Part shown: positions 35,732 to 45,380 of the stretch, piece by piece
Position numbering within the stretch: position 1 is the stretch's first letter
How the letters are laid out: each line of letters opens with the position of its first letter
Source of the DNA: a virus
Strand: one strand, 5' to 3'
Length of the DNA: 64,000 nt
IMG/VR virus record: IMGVR_UViG_3300029585_000050
Program-made: the position numbers and the translations under genes
Notes under the pieces: generated by a model
Told to the model about the DNA's origin: nothing
What the model saw: only the letters and a program-made list of their open reading frames with translations
Databases searched by the model: none

Positions 35732-35961
35732 TGTCTAACGAAGACGAAAACCGTGATTTCTGTGAATCAATCGGTATCAATAAACAATATCGCCTTGAAT
35801 GGCAAGACCTTATGCACCGTTGTTCGGTGCAAACTATGTTGGTGGAAATGATTCAGCGAGGGTGGACTATTGAGCCGCCTAAAGAAGATGACGAACCAGA
35901 AAACTAATTGCATTCTTTAATAAATATCGGCATAATTGAATTTTTAATAATTGAGGCCGAT

Positions 35962-36243
35962 ATGAAATCATTAACCACCATCGCAAAAGAAGTAATTTCA
36001 GAATCAGACAAAGTTAAAGTCTACAAAACCGTGAAGCTTGACCCTAAAGCCTATCGTGCTGCCGAACGCTATATGATTGGTATGTATGAAGACCCAGTGA
36101 AAGAGGAACAAGCTGAACGTATGATGAATCTTGTGGCTAAAAATAAGCAAGAAGGTTTAACTAAAGCTGAAAAGAAAGAATTAGACAGCGTGACTAAAAT
36201 GTTCAGGGCTGACGAAATTGAATATAAAGGGCTTCGTGACTAA
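35962..36243 (+). CDS. hypothetical protein
   Basis: ORF 35908..36243; start moved to 35962 (TGAGG SD). Confidence 0.65.
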   Translation: MKSLTTIAKEVISESDKVKVYKTVKLDPKAYRAAERYMIGMYEDPVKEEQAERMMNLVAKNKQEGLTKAEKKELDSVTKMFRADEIEYKGLRD

Positions 36244-36278
36244 TTAACACGTCCATGCCCTTGTTCTAAGGGCATATT

Positions 36279-36578
36279 ATGGCATCATACACAGACGAAA
36301 TCGTTTCACTCACGAAACAAATCAATGACATTTTAGACGAACTCGACTTATACCCACGTTTAAGTATCATGGGTAATAATGGTGATTTTCTATACGTTGG
36401 TGATGGATGTTTAGAATCATTTCAACCTGAATTCAAATATTCATATTCCACACCGAACGGTATCACATACGAAGTTGATATGGGTTCATTACGCTTCGCT
36501 ATCATTTCCAGAATTTTCCTTGGCGGTAAACTAAACGTCGATTGGAAAGAATACTTTAAACATAGAAAAGGTAAGTAA
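36279..36578 (+). CDS. hypothetical protein
   Basis: ORF track. Confidence 0.6.
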   Translation: MASYTDEIVSLTKQINDILDELDLYPRLSIMGNNGDFLYVGDGCLESFQPEFKYSYSTPNGITYEVDMGSLRFAIISRIFLGGKLNVDWKEYFKHRKGK

Positions 36579-36582
36579 TATT

Positions 36583-36840
36583 ATGGGCATCCTTGTAACC
36601 AAATTTTATAAACACGACCGTAAAGAGCATGAAAACCCATATGAGTATATGGTTTCATGGCACCGTGATGGACGTGAATGCCGCCACTTCGCAACCATTG
36701 ATATGTTCGGTCGAAGCATCGATTTCTGTTGCACCAAATACCCATTGACTACCGCTGACATGAAAGCTATCACGGCCAAGATGGATGAAATCTATGAAGA
36801 ATACAAAGAAATGAACCCTTGTGCGGGTATTTTGATATAA
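36583..36840 (+). CDS. hypothetical protein
   Basis: AAGGT SD. Confidence 0.6.
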   Translation: MGILVTKFYKHDRKEHENPYEYMVSWHRDGRECRHFATIDMFGRSIDFCCTKYPLTTADMKAITAKMDEIYEEYKEMNPCAGILI

Positions 36841-37472
36841 TGTTGCATAATGTAGATGTCATTGTGACAATCGGTAAGATTGGTGACACGTCGAAACTTG
36901 CTAATGACTTCGCTCATATCACTGAATTGGATGATGTGGAATGGCTTTCTAGTGTTCTTATGGTTTCCATGGACGAAGCAAAGGCAATCAATGACCAATT
37001 GACCGCCACCAAGAATGTACCGACTTTCACTTTGGAAATACCAATGTCGTATATTCAATTGGCCAGATACACGGCTAAGCGTCGATGCGAAAACTTACAT
37101 AACTATTGGAAGTTTCCGAACGTCGTGAGACATAAAGACCGATACAATGATAAAGCCAATAGTCGGGCGTTTGATGCCGCCTTGGGTGATGACGAATACA
37201 AAATTAAGAAGCTATTCGCCAAGCTTGGTATTGGCCATGAGACTGATATGGCAACCATCATTTCTGACCACTTCACCGAATTACTCAACGGTATAACGAC
37301 TGACCGAAGAGAACAAGAGCGTAAGTTTGCAATGAAAGCATACTGTTACCTAAACACGGCTTTGATTGAAACCGAAGGCGGTGATGACCGAAACGGTAAA
37401 AACCTTAAAGACCGAATCGAAAACGTGGTTGATGGCTATAATAAAATCATCACAGGTAAGAAAAATGATTGA
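36840..37472 (+). CDS. two-domain hypothetical protein; C-terminal domain paralogous to the next gene
   Basis: ORF 36819..37472; start moved. Confidence 0.65.
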   Translation: MLHNVDVIVTIGKIGDTSKLANDFAHITELDDVEWLSSVLMVSMDEAKAINDQLTATKNVPTFTLEIPMSYIQLARYTAKRRCENLHNYWKFPNVVRHKDRYNDKANSRAFDAALGDDEYKIKKLFAKLGIGHETDMATIISDHFTELLNGITTDRREQERKFAMKAYCYLNTALIETEGGDDRNGKNLKDRIENVVDGYNKIITGKKND

Positions 37473-37737
37473 TGAATATAATATCAAGGCGGTGTTCGAC
37501 AAGCACGGTATCGACAATGATGAATTGATACTAGACCTTAATGAACACTTCGACCGATTTGCCACCGCCTACATGGTCGGCGTTGATGAACAAGAAAAAG
37601 GTTTCGCTGTAGAGGCTTCTTCTTATCTTTACACGGCTTTAGTGCAAACACGAACGGGTAAAGACAAAGATGGTAATACATTGGAAGACCGAATTCGCGA
37701 AATAGCTGAAGCTTACTCAATAATGGCAGAAGACTAA
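37465..37737 (+). CDS. hypothetical protein, paralog of the upstream C-terminal domain
   Basis: ORF 37366..37737; start moved to 37465. Confidence 0.65.
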   Translation: MIDEYNIKAVFDKHGIDNDELILDLNEHFDRFATAYMVGVDEQEKGFAVEASSYLYTALVQTRTGKDKDGNTLEDRIREIAEAYSIMAED

Positions 37738-37952
37738 TGGAACCATTTGTAATTTATTTCACCATAGCAATTCTATCAATGCTGTACACGATTGTCGCGG
37801 GGTTGTACGCTGTCACCACACACTACGACCGATGTTATACAGGTAAAGCCATTTCGCCTGCGCAGGCAACGGTACTTGGTGCTATATGGCCATTGATTTT
37901 GTTATTCCAACCTTTCAAATTTATCTATGATAAGTTAGGTAGAGATGTCTGA
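37737..37952 (+). CDS. small membrane protein
   Basis: Two TM helices. Confidence 0.6.
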   Translation: MEPFVIYFTIAILSMLYTIVAGLYAVTTHYDRCYTGKAISPAQATVLGAIWPLILLFQPFKFIYDKLGRDV

Positions 37953-38193
37953 ATCATTAATGTGCCCCAAGTGCGGCAATAAAACCTTATCATTGTGTGA
38001 CCATTTCTATGTGTGTTCGACATGTGAGTCTACATATCCCTCTTATGATGACAGTGCCGTCTTCTGGGATTTAGATGAAATGAAACGTATCATTGAAGAT
38101 GAAAGACGTTACACGGTTCCCAATAATTTAGAAACCTATGACGATTTCGTCGAATGGTTAAACGACCCAGATGTGAAACCAGATGGACATTGA
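37945..38193 (+). CDS. zinc-ribbon protein
   Basis: CPKCG..VCSTC. Confidence 0.6.
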   Translation: MSESLMCPKCGNKTLSLCDHFYVCSTCESTYPSYDDSAVFWDLDEMKRIIEDERRYTVPNNLETYDDFVEWLNDPDVKPDGH

Positions 38194-38401
38194 ATCAATA
38201 GAAAAAATACAAATAAGCAAGGACGAAAAGCTTTTAATCAGAGTTGACGTTACACACTTAGCTGCCAGTGAGCAGATGGGATACCTGAAGGATGTTTACA
38301 AATTCTTCTCAACTAAGCTAGGTGTCGGTGACTCGAAAATATTAGTAGTACCATCGGTGATTACCGTTGAGGCTTTGGAGATAGATGATGATTCCGAATA
38401 A
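38183..38401 (+). CDS. small protein, paralog of 55475..55693
   Basis: Shared I.K..IS.DE.L.I.VD and KI..VPS pattern. Confidence 0.6.
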   Translation: MDIESIEKIQISKDEKLLIRVDVTHLAASEQMGYLKDVYKFFSTKLGVGDSKILVVPSVITVEALEIDDDSE

Positions 38402-38858
38402 AGAATACGAAGTACAACCGCGCAGCGTTGAGCCTGTTACCGATATTTTAAACAACGATGTTTATTACACAGACTGTTATATGTCTGGTTTCAAGTTATA
38501 CGTTCCTTACTCGAAGCATGTGCATGATGTAATAGAAATGGACATTGGTGTCAAGGGTATCAACTGTAAATGCGATGCCTACGTCCGAGATGGCTACGCC
38601 TTTGTTTCCCCAGTGGATATGCGAAAGAAAATAAAAGAAGGCATGGAAACCATTGTCAAAGATGACTGCGCCCACGAAGACGAGTGGGATGACACGTTAT
38701 CCGAATTCCGTTATTTTCTTCTTGACGACATCGAAAACTTTTTATATCCTTCGCAGAATGATATGCATGTGGCACAGACGTTAAACGTCAATGACGTACT
38801 TGATGTTTTAAAGTCCACTATTTTAAGTTTAGAAAACTGGAAAGACGATGATGCTTGA
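38385..38858 (+). CDS. hypothetical protein
   Basis: GGAG SD. Confidence 0.6.
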   Translation: MMIPNKEYEVQPRSVEPVTDILNNDVYYTDCYMSGFKLYVPYSKHVHDVIEMDIGVKGINCKCDAYVRDGYAFVSPVDMRKKIKEGMETIVKDDCAHEDEWDDTLSEFRYFLLDDIENFLYPSQNDMHVAQTLNVNDVLDVLKSTILSLENWKDDDA

Positions 38859-39105
38859 ATTTTTTATTGCCTCCACTATTATTTTATACCTAGCTATTGC
38901 AGCCATTTCGTATATGCTTGACGAAGTGGGTAAAAATGTTAGTGGGTTTTTCTCACCGTTCGGTATCAAGAATGGTCAAGAGAAAACCAACCTCCGACGT
39001 ATTATCGAAGCTTTACTTTGGCTACCGATAATGTTGGTCGGTGTTTACCTATGGTTGTTGGGGTACACTGTAATCTTTTTCTCATGGTTAGGTAAGAAGG
39101 GATGA
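38848..39105 (+). CDS. small membrane protein
   Basis: Two TM helices. Confidence 0.6.
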   Translation: MMLEFFIASTIILYLAIAAISYMLDEVGKNVSGFFSPFGIKNGQEKTNLRRIIEALLWLPIMLVGVYLWLLGYTVIFFSWLGKKG

Positions 39106-39395
39106 AGGGTATCATCGTTGACCTTAGTGAACATAAAGGCCGTGTCTTCGCAGGCCACTTCAACGCCATTGCCTTTGCCACACACCATAAGCTTAGCTCG
39201 ATGGAAGGCGGGATTATACGATTCCCCAGTGACACCAAGATGATTACTACATCATTCTTGAAAGGCTTTCTTGAACATATTCTTATTCGATTTAAGACAT
39301 CCGAAGACTTTTATGACAACTTTTCTATAGCAGCGCCACAAGAATTTGTCGTTAAAATTTCAGACTTCATCGAAGATTATTACATGGAATCTTAA
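39102..39395 (+). CDS. STAS-like (DUF4325-like) protein
   Basis: RVFAG and ITTSFLKGFL pattern. Confidence 0.45.
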   Translation: MKGIIVDLSEHKGRVFAGHFNAIAFATHHKLSSMEGGIIRFPSDTKMITTSFLKGFLEHILIRFKTSEDFYDNFSIAAPQEFVVKISDFIEDYYMES

Positions 39396-39613
39396 TGGAA
39401 GCTTTATTTCTTGTTTTAGATGTGATGTATTCGTACATGGTTTTAACTGCCTTAATGACGGTATTGTCTATGTTGGAAGAGTTGTATGATATGATGGTGG
39501 GTCGAAGTAAGACGACGTTGACAACAAAAGAGCATTTTATCATTGGCCTTAAATGGCCAATTGAATTCCCAAAGAGTGTGATTAGGGAATGGAGAAACCA
39601 TAACCATGAGTAA
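39395..39613 (+). CDS. small membrane protein
   Basis: Hydrophobic N-terminus; TAATG coupling. Confidence 0.55.
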   Translation: MEALFLVLDVMYSYMVLTALMTVLSMLEELYDMMVGRSKTTLTTKEHFIIGLKWPIEFPKSVIREWRNHNHE

Positions 39614-40736
39614 AGCAATCTACGCATTATCAGGCGACCCTGTTACATTCGGTCACATAAACATCATAGAACGCGCCTCAGACGCTTTTGACGAGCTTAT
39701 CGTGGGGATTGGCTGTAATCCCGCAAAGAAGTATATGTTTACGCTAGAAGAGCGTCTACGGCTCGCTACAAACGCTGTGAAGCACCTAGATAACGTAACC
39801 GTCACCGCATTCAGTGGTTTATTGGTGGATTTTGCCTTTGAGCAGGGTGCCGACATCATTGTCAAAGGTGTACGGGATGCCACCGACTTCGCCTACGAAT
39901 TCAATCTTCACCAAGTTGGCGACACACAGGGTATGGATATTGACACCCATATTCTTTTCACTGACCCTAAAATGGGGCATATTAGTTCCAGTACGGTGAA
40001 AGGTGTACAATTGGAACATGGTGATATTAGCAATTACGTTCCATTGGAAGTGAAAGCCGCCTTAGAACAGCGTGTATCCAATCAGTTCATTATTGGTGTC
40101 ACTGGCCAAATAGCGGCGGGTAAATCAACACTATGTGATGAATTATCCAATAGCGTGAGCCTTGACCCCGATGAAATTGGTATCACGAACATCGACATGG
40201 ATGCATTAGGCCATGAAATATTAGGTGGAGAAGAGCCGACACCTTCTGACATCACCGCCCGTGAAGAAATCATTAAGCGGTTTGGCGAACAGGTGAAGGG
40301 CGACGGCGGCACCATTGATAGAAAACTATTAGCGCCGATGGTATTCGGTAACACGAATGCCATGGAAGAGCTAAACAAAATACTGGCCAAACCATTGAAG
40401 CTTAAACTTCGTCGAGCCTTACATGGTGTTGAAGGTATTGTTTTATTGAACAGTGCTTTAATCGTCGAAGGTAGCAATATGTTAAAGCTTTGTAATAATC
40501 GGGTAATTGTCGTCACCGTCGATGAAGAAGAACAGCTTCGCCGATTGACTGAAGTTCGTGGTCATTCAAGAGAAGATGCTGAAGCTAGAATACGTTCACA
40601 GTTACCCGCACACGAAAAAATAGAAAAAATCAACAAACGGATTGAGGATGATTCATACGGGTTCGTGCATCTATTCAATTCACAAACCGATTCAGTTGAT
40701 TTATTGTATGAAAAATTATTGGATTATTTACCATAA
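39606..40736 (+). CDS. coaD-coaE: bifunctional phosphopantetheine adenylyltransferase / dephospho-CoA kinase
   Basis: N-terminal GDPVTFGHINIIERAS, MFTLEER, IVKGVR..DF.YE, ISSSTVK; C-terminal IIGVTGQIAAGKST, IDMD.LGH, IDRK.LA..VF, RIRSQ. Confidence 0.9.
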   Translation: MSKAIYALSGDPVTFGHINIIERASDAFDELIVGIGCNPAKKYMFTLEERLRLATNAVKHLDNVTVTAFSGLLVDFAFEQGADIIVKGVRDATDFAYEFNLHQVGDTQGMDIDTHILFTDPKMGHISSSTVKGVQLEHGDISNYVPLEVKAALEQRVSNQFIIGVTGQIAAGKSTLCDELSNSVSLDPDEIGITNIDMDALGHEILGGEEPTPSDITAREEIIKRFGEQVKGDGGTIDRKLLAPMVFGNTNAMEELNKILAKPLKLKLRRALHGVEGIVLLNSALIVEGSNMLKLCNNRVIVVTVDEEEQLRRLTEVRGHSREDAEARIRSQLPAHEKIEKINKRIEDDSYGFVHLFNSQTDSVDLLYEKLLDYLP

Positions 40737-40783
40737 AGGGGTTGTAAGTATATCACTTTATGCTATAATCAGTTTTAATTACC

Positions 40784-40861
40784 ACTCGCATTGTAGCTCA
40801 GCAACAGAGCGTCGGCATAAGTCGGAGGTCTTTGGTGTAAGTCCATACGTGTTAGCCGAGT
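40784..40861 (+). pseudogene. degenerate tRNA or tRNA-like RNA
   Basis: D-arm GCTC/GAGC and AGGTC variable loop present; 4-nt anticodon loop, non-TTC T-loop, broken acceptor. Confidence 0.45.
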
Positions 40862-40997
40862 AAAGCAAGTGAAAGTCAGACCATGGGTATACACATCCTG
40901 TCTATTAGCTTGGGTAATTATTTTTTTTTACTAGTTATTTACATTTTAGATTTGAAAATTTGATTGACCTATTGTTAAACCAAATAGGAGAATCAAA

Positions 40998-41276
40998 ATG
41001 AATATAACAGTAAACTTTAAAGCCGAAATGAAATTCGACCACATGGCTCGTACCCTTCATCCAGAAGATTTAGGTCTTAGGGAATCTGGGTGGGTTATAG
41101 TGGGTGAAGTTCACGAAGACTATTATGAATGGGTCAACTTCTTTGTTGCCATACATCCTGATTTCGGTTGGGTATATGGTGATTATGAACACGAACTTCA
41201 TGGTATGTCTAAAAAGGCTTTAGACCATTTTATGACTAATCACCCTGCTTCCGAGTGGGATTATTACGATATATGA
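40998..41276 (+). CDS. hypothetical protein
   Basis: AGGAG SD. Confidence 0.7.
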   Translation: MNITVNFKAEMKFDHMARTLHPEDLGLRESGWVIVGEVHEDYYEWVNFFVAIHPDFGWVYGDYEHELHGMSKKALDHFMTNHPASEWDYYDI

Positions 41277-41387
41277 TGGACTTGGGTGAGGTAAAGCAAC
41301 GGCTCGCTTCTCACCGACGCTGTAAAAAGCTTAGCCGACGTGGGGCTTCGGCTCCACATACTTTTCATTTTTCGAGGAACCCATTTC

Positions 41388-41957
41388 ATGATACCAGATT
41401 ACACGTTTATCGCAGGCTACCTAAGAGGCAAAGGCCATGCCGTTGAGTTAGGTGCATTCGACAATCAAATAGAATTCGAATTTGACATTGATTACCAAAC
41501 ATTAGACGAAACTCAACCAGATAATCAAAATTTATCTGATGAAGAAATGGACATCCAATGTTTAATTGCCGATAAAATTATTCAATTGAACATCACCAGT
41601 TTCACATCAATCAAATATTTGGGTGAATACAGTTACAGCGTTCTTGGTTGTATTGAGCCAATGGACGACAAAGAACTTTACACATTTGTTGAAAATAACA
41701 CATCCACCACAATTTGCGAATACATCAAAATATTACAGAAGCAATGTAAAGAATCCTCCCCTTGGAATGATGTTCGTAAATTAGAACCAACCGTTGGCCA
41801 TAAGGTAATTGTTGAATGCTATGACGAAGCCAACCCTTCCGATTCATGGAAATCCATTTTTTGGTATTGTGGCGATAAAAAATGGTCTAAGACCGCAAGC
41901 CTGAAACCAATAAATTTCGGTGGTCACATTTCCGCCATTCACTGGAAAGAATTATAA
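41388..41957 (+). CDS. hypothetical protein
   Basis: ORF 41340..41957; start moved (GAGG SD). Confidence 0.55.
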   Translation: MIPDYTFIAGYLRGKGHAVELGAFDNQIEFEFDIDYQTLDETQPDNQNLSDEEMDIQCLIADKIIQLNITSFTSIKYLGEYSYSVLGCIEPMDDKELYTFVENNTSTTICEYIKILQKQCKESSPWNDVRKLEPTVGHKVIVECYDEANPSDSWKSIFWYCGDKKWSKTASLKPINFGGHISAIHWKEL

Positions 41958-42169
41958 TGTCTTGGTCAATGCAGATAACATTATATGACGGAAACAAGAA
42001 ATACATCACTTGTGAACAAATTAATGTGGACAGGCATTACAGTTGTAAAGTAATTCATAAACAAATTTTGGCGATTAAAAAAGACTTTCAATATTTCGCA
42101 TATGGTGCTATCTTTCCAGAACTTGAAACACCACATTTAATCAGTAAAGATGATATAAGAGGAGAATAA
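41957..42169 (+). CDS. hypothetical protein
   Basis: TAATG coupling. Confidence 0.55.
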   Translation: MSWSMQITLYDGNKKYITCEQINVDRHYSCKVIHKQILAIKKDFQYFAYGAIFPELETPHLISKDDIRGE

Positions 42170-42173
42170 TTCT

Positions 42174-43586
42174 ATGCAATTTAAACCAGTAAGCCGTGCA
42201 AACGTAACCACACCAATGATTCACTTTTATAAAGGTGAAGCCGACGAACGTCTACAGAAGTTCATTGATGACGGTATGTTTAATACTGAAGTGGTGGGTT
42301 CAGCATTTGTTGATTATTATGATGAACACCAAGTATCAAACCGTGCAATCTATGTGAACATCGGCGACCGTGATGAATTCAAAGCACACACTGGCAACAT
42401 CGACAAAGTAGCTAAAGGGATTGTCGCTTTATTCAACGACAAGTGTACCGAGATAACTTTATGCCTTTCATGTCTTAATTCAGACCTTGATGCCGAAGAC
42501 CTTATTACAGCATTAGCAATTGCTGATTACGAATATGACGTTGAATTCAATGACAATGACGATAAGCGCACAATTTTTTATGTAGAAGATGTCAATGGTC
42601 AATTTGAGGATGTCGTTCACCGTGGTTTAGCTACTGCAAATGGCGTGAACTTCACTCGCTACCTTGGTGACTTACCCGCCAATATCTGTACACCAACCGA
42701 ACTAGCTTCAATAGCATCCAACGAATTGTCCGTTTACAAAAACGTCAAAGTTAATGTGTTAGATGAAGTGAAATGTCGTGAACTTGGTATGAATCTTTTA
42801 ACCAGTGTATCGGACGGTTCTGACGAAGAAGGCAAAGTTATCATTGTGACTTATGATGGTACTGATGAAGAAGAAGCCCTAACACTTGGTTTAGTCGGTA
42901 AAGCCGTGACATTCGACAGTGGTGGTATCAGTATCAAGCCTAGTTCTAAAATGGAAGAAATGAAATACGATATGTGTGGTGGCGCTACTGTATTAGGTAC
43001 AATTCGTGCCTTAGCCGAAGCACAAGTGCCAGTGAATGTTATTGGTATCGTCGGTGCCGTAGAAAACATGCCTAATGGTCGTGCAACAAAGCCTAGTTCT
43101 GTAGTGACTGGTATGTCTGGTCGTACAGTTGAAATCACGAACACTGACGCGGAAGGCCGTCTTGTATTGGCTGACCTATTGACTTACATCGGTGAAATCC
43201 ATGACTGTGATACAGTTATTGACTTGGCCACATTGACTGGTGCATGTTGTGTTGCTCTTGGCGACCACGCGGCGGGTGTATTCTCTCACGATGACCAATT
43301 GGCTCAACAATTAGTTGAAGCGGGTGAAGCAGTGAATGACCGTGCTTGGCGCTTACCAATGTGGGAAGAATACAACAAACAGTTGAAAAGTAAATTCGCT
43401 GATGTGAATAACAGCGCAGGCGGCGGGGCGGGTGCCAGTACGGCGGCTTGCTTCTTAGGTCGTTTCGCCGCTGACTATGATTACACACATGCCCACATGG
43501 ACATCGCGGGTGTAGCATGGGATAAAATGGCCACAGGCCGTCCAGTGAAACTGTTATTGAACTACATCGCAGAACAACGGGTGTAA
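42174..43586 (+). CDS. pepA: leucyl aminopeptidase, M17 family
   Basis: LVGKAVTFDSGGISIK, MKYDMCGGA, VENMPNG, NTDAEGRLVLAD, IDLATLTGA, HMDIAG. Confidence 0.93.
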   Translation: MQFKPVSRANVTTPMIHFYKGEADERLQKFIDDGMFNTEVVGSAFVDYYDEHQVSNRAIYVNIGDRDEFKAHTGNIDKVAKGIVALFNDKCTEITLCLSCLNSDLDAEDLITALAIADYEYDVEFNDNDDKRTIFYVEDVNGQFEDVVHRGLATANGVNFTRYLGDLPANICTPTELASIASNELSVYKNVKVNVLDEVKCRELGMNLLTSVSDGSDEEGKVIIVTYDGTDEEEALTLGLVGKAVTFDSGGISIKPSSKMEEMKYDMCGGATVLGTIRALAEAQVPVNVIGIVGAVENMPNGRATKPSSVVTGMSGRTVEITNTDAEGRLVLADLLTYIGEIHDCDTVIDLATLTGACCVALGDHAAGVFSHDDQLAQQLVEAGEAVNDRAWRLPMWEEYNKQLKSKFADVNNSAGGGAGASTAACFLGRFAADYDYTHAHMDIAGVAWDKMATGRPVKLLLNYIAEQRV

Positions 43587-43590
43587 TCCG

Positions 43591-43905
43591 ATGACTAATA
43601 GTAGAATGCACCTTTGGAATGACTGCTTAGACGAGCTTATTAAAATCTTAGATAAGAAGCCAAGTAAAGTTACATTCTATGCAGAAGGTTTAGATGATGA
43701 CGGCAATGATGTCGAAAGAAGTGTCGTCATCGACCTTCTACCTGATGTAAAATTGAACAATAAAATTGCCAGTATGGATATGAAGATTTCATTGTTGGAA
43801 AAAGAAGCAGCCGAGTCTAAGAAGAAAGACGAAAGGATTGCGGAATTAGAAAAGCAATTGAAAGCACAACAGCAACTTCTATTCATGGGTAGAACCGAGG
43901 TTTAA
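43591..43905 (+). CDS. hypothetical protein with C-terminal coiled coil
   Basis: ORF track. Confidence 0.6.
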   Translation: MTNSRMHLWNDCLDELIKILDKKPSKVTFYAEGLDDDGNDVERSVVIDLLPDVKLNNKIASMDMKISLLEKEAAESKKKDERIAELEKQLKAQQQLLFMGRTEV

Positions 43906-43908
43906 ATT

Positions 43909-44226
43909 ATGCGTAAAGCGTCTATTGAAGAGTTATATTTAACTCACCTTCCAGTTGAATTCATGGGTTTCACGCCAAAGTATTTTGTTATGGATACCGA
44001 TGGTGTTCAATGGATTTGTCATAATGAACCAAAGTTCGACGGGTATGATTGGGTATTCCAAGAATTCTATGAAATCGGAATCGACGACGAAGATTTAAAA
44101 CATACACCAAAATGTGTGATAGGTTTATCCCCACAAGAATGCATATTTGAAATTGAGGGGTCTGATAGAATCATTGATACCACATCGGGTGAATACAATA
44201 GTGTACAATGGCCACACCTACAATAA
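43909..44226 (+). CDS. hypothetical protein
   Basis: GAGGT SD. Confidence 0.6.
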   Translation: MRKASIEELYLTHLPVEFMGFTPKYFVMDTDGVQWICHNEPKFDGYDWVFQEFYEIGIDDEDLKHTPKCVIGLSPQECIFEIEGSDRIIDTTSGEYNSVQWPHLQ

Positions 44227-44240
44227 TGTTGGGGAACTAT

Positions 44241-45380
44241 ATGTTAAAAGCAATTGATTACGATGATAGCCATGCTGAATTTGAAAGAGGTATAACGGCT
44301 TTCATTGCAGACAAAATTACACCTTACTATGACGAATGGGAAAAACGTGGATACGTTGACCGTGAAATCTGGCGTGAGATGGGTTCAATGGGTATGCTAT
44401 GCCCGAATGTTTCACACGAGTACGGCGGCTTTGACGATTTCAGCTACAACATTGTCGTCAATGAAGCTTTATGCCGTAACTATGCAACATCGCTTGCTGT
44501 AGGTAACGCTATTCACTCTGACATCGTTGCAACCTACATTGAGACATATGGCACCAAAGAGCAAAAGGAAACATGGCTACCGTCCATGGTTTCTGGCGAC
44601 GTGTTGGCCAGTCTTGGTATGACAGAACCTAATGCGGGTTCAGATTTAGGTGCTGTATCAACCAAAGGCGTTTACGACGGTGATGATATAGTCATTTCTG
44701 GTCAAAAGGTATTCATCACAAATGGTTACTTGGCCGATATGATGCTTACCGCAGTCAGAACAGAGGGTGAAGGCTATGGTGGCGTAAGTTTAGTAATCAT
44801 CGACTTGAATGATGACAACGTTTCACGAACCCTATTGGATAAGATTGGTCTTAAATCACAAGACACCGCTGAAATTTATTTGGAAGAGGTGCGTGTACCT
44901 AAATCGAATATCCTTGGGCAAGCGGGTCATGGCTTCTACATGATGATGAATGAATTACCACGCGAACGTCTTTCCTTGTGCATCGGTGCCGTGGCATCTG
45001 CCCGTCAAATCCTGAATGACACCATCGTCTACGTTAAAGAGCGTGAAGCGTTCGGTCGTCCTATCGCAAAATTCCAAAACACCCAGTTTGAATTGGCTGA
45101 TATGGATTCTTCATTAATGGCGGCTGAAACATTTACCCGTCACTGTGCGGCATTGGATTTAAAGGGTAAGCTAACTACTGAGATGGCATCACGTCTTAAA
45201 GTGTTCACCACTGACCTTCAATGCGATGTCACTGACCGTTGTTTACAGTTACATGGTGGTTATGGCTTCATGCGCGAATATAATGTCGCACGGGCTTATT
45301 GTGACGGTCGTGTGCAGAAGATTTACGGCGGAACCAATGAAATCATGAAAGTTTTAATTGCTCGTGAGTTGTTGAAATGA
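44241..45380 (+). CDS. acyl-CoA dehydrogenase
   Basis: GMTEPNAGSDL, ISGQKVFITNG, KIGLKSQDTAEI, REAFGRPI.KFQ, LQLHGGYG, IYGGTNEI; start moved from 44208 to 44241. Confidence 0.95.
   Translation: MLKAIDYDDSHAEFERGITAFIADKITPYYDEWEKRGYVDREIWREMGSMGMLCPNVSHEYGGFDDFSYNIVVNEALCRNYATSLAVGNAIHSDIVATYIETYGTKEQKETWLPSMVSGDVLASLGMTEPNAGSDLGAVSTKGVYDGDDIVISGQKVFITNGYLADMMLTAVRTEGEGYGGVSLVIIDLNDDNVSRTLLDKIGLKSQDTAEIYLEEVRVPKSNILGQAGHGFYMMMNELPRERLSLCIGAVASARQILNDTIVYVKEREAFGRPIAKFQNTQFELADMDSSLMAAETFTRHCAALDLKGKLTTEMASRLKVFTTDLQCDVTDRCLQLHGGYGFMREYNVARAYCDGRVQKIYGGTNEIMKVLIARELLK

Noticed and set aside
39606-45380. Host chromosome contamination or prophage boundary
   Set aside because: The metabolic genes are interleaved and translationally coupled with phage-type small ORFs, with uniform strand and composition; no integrase or att site is seen.
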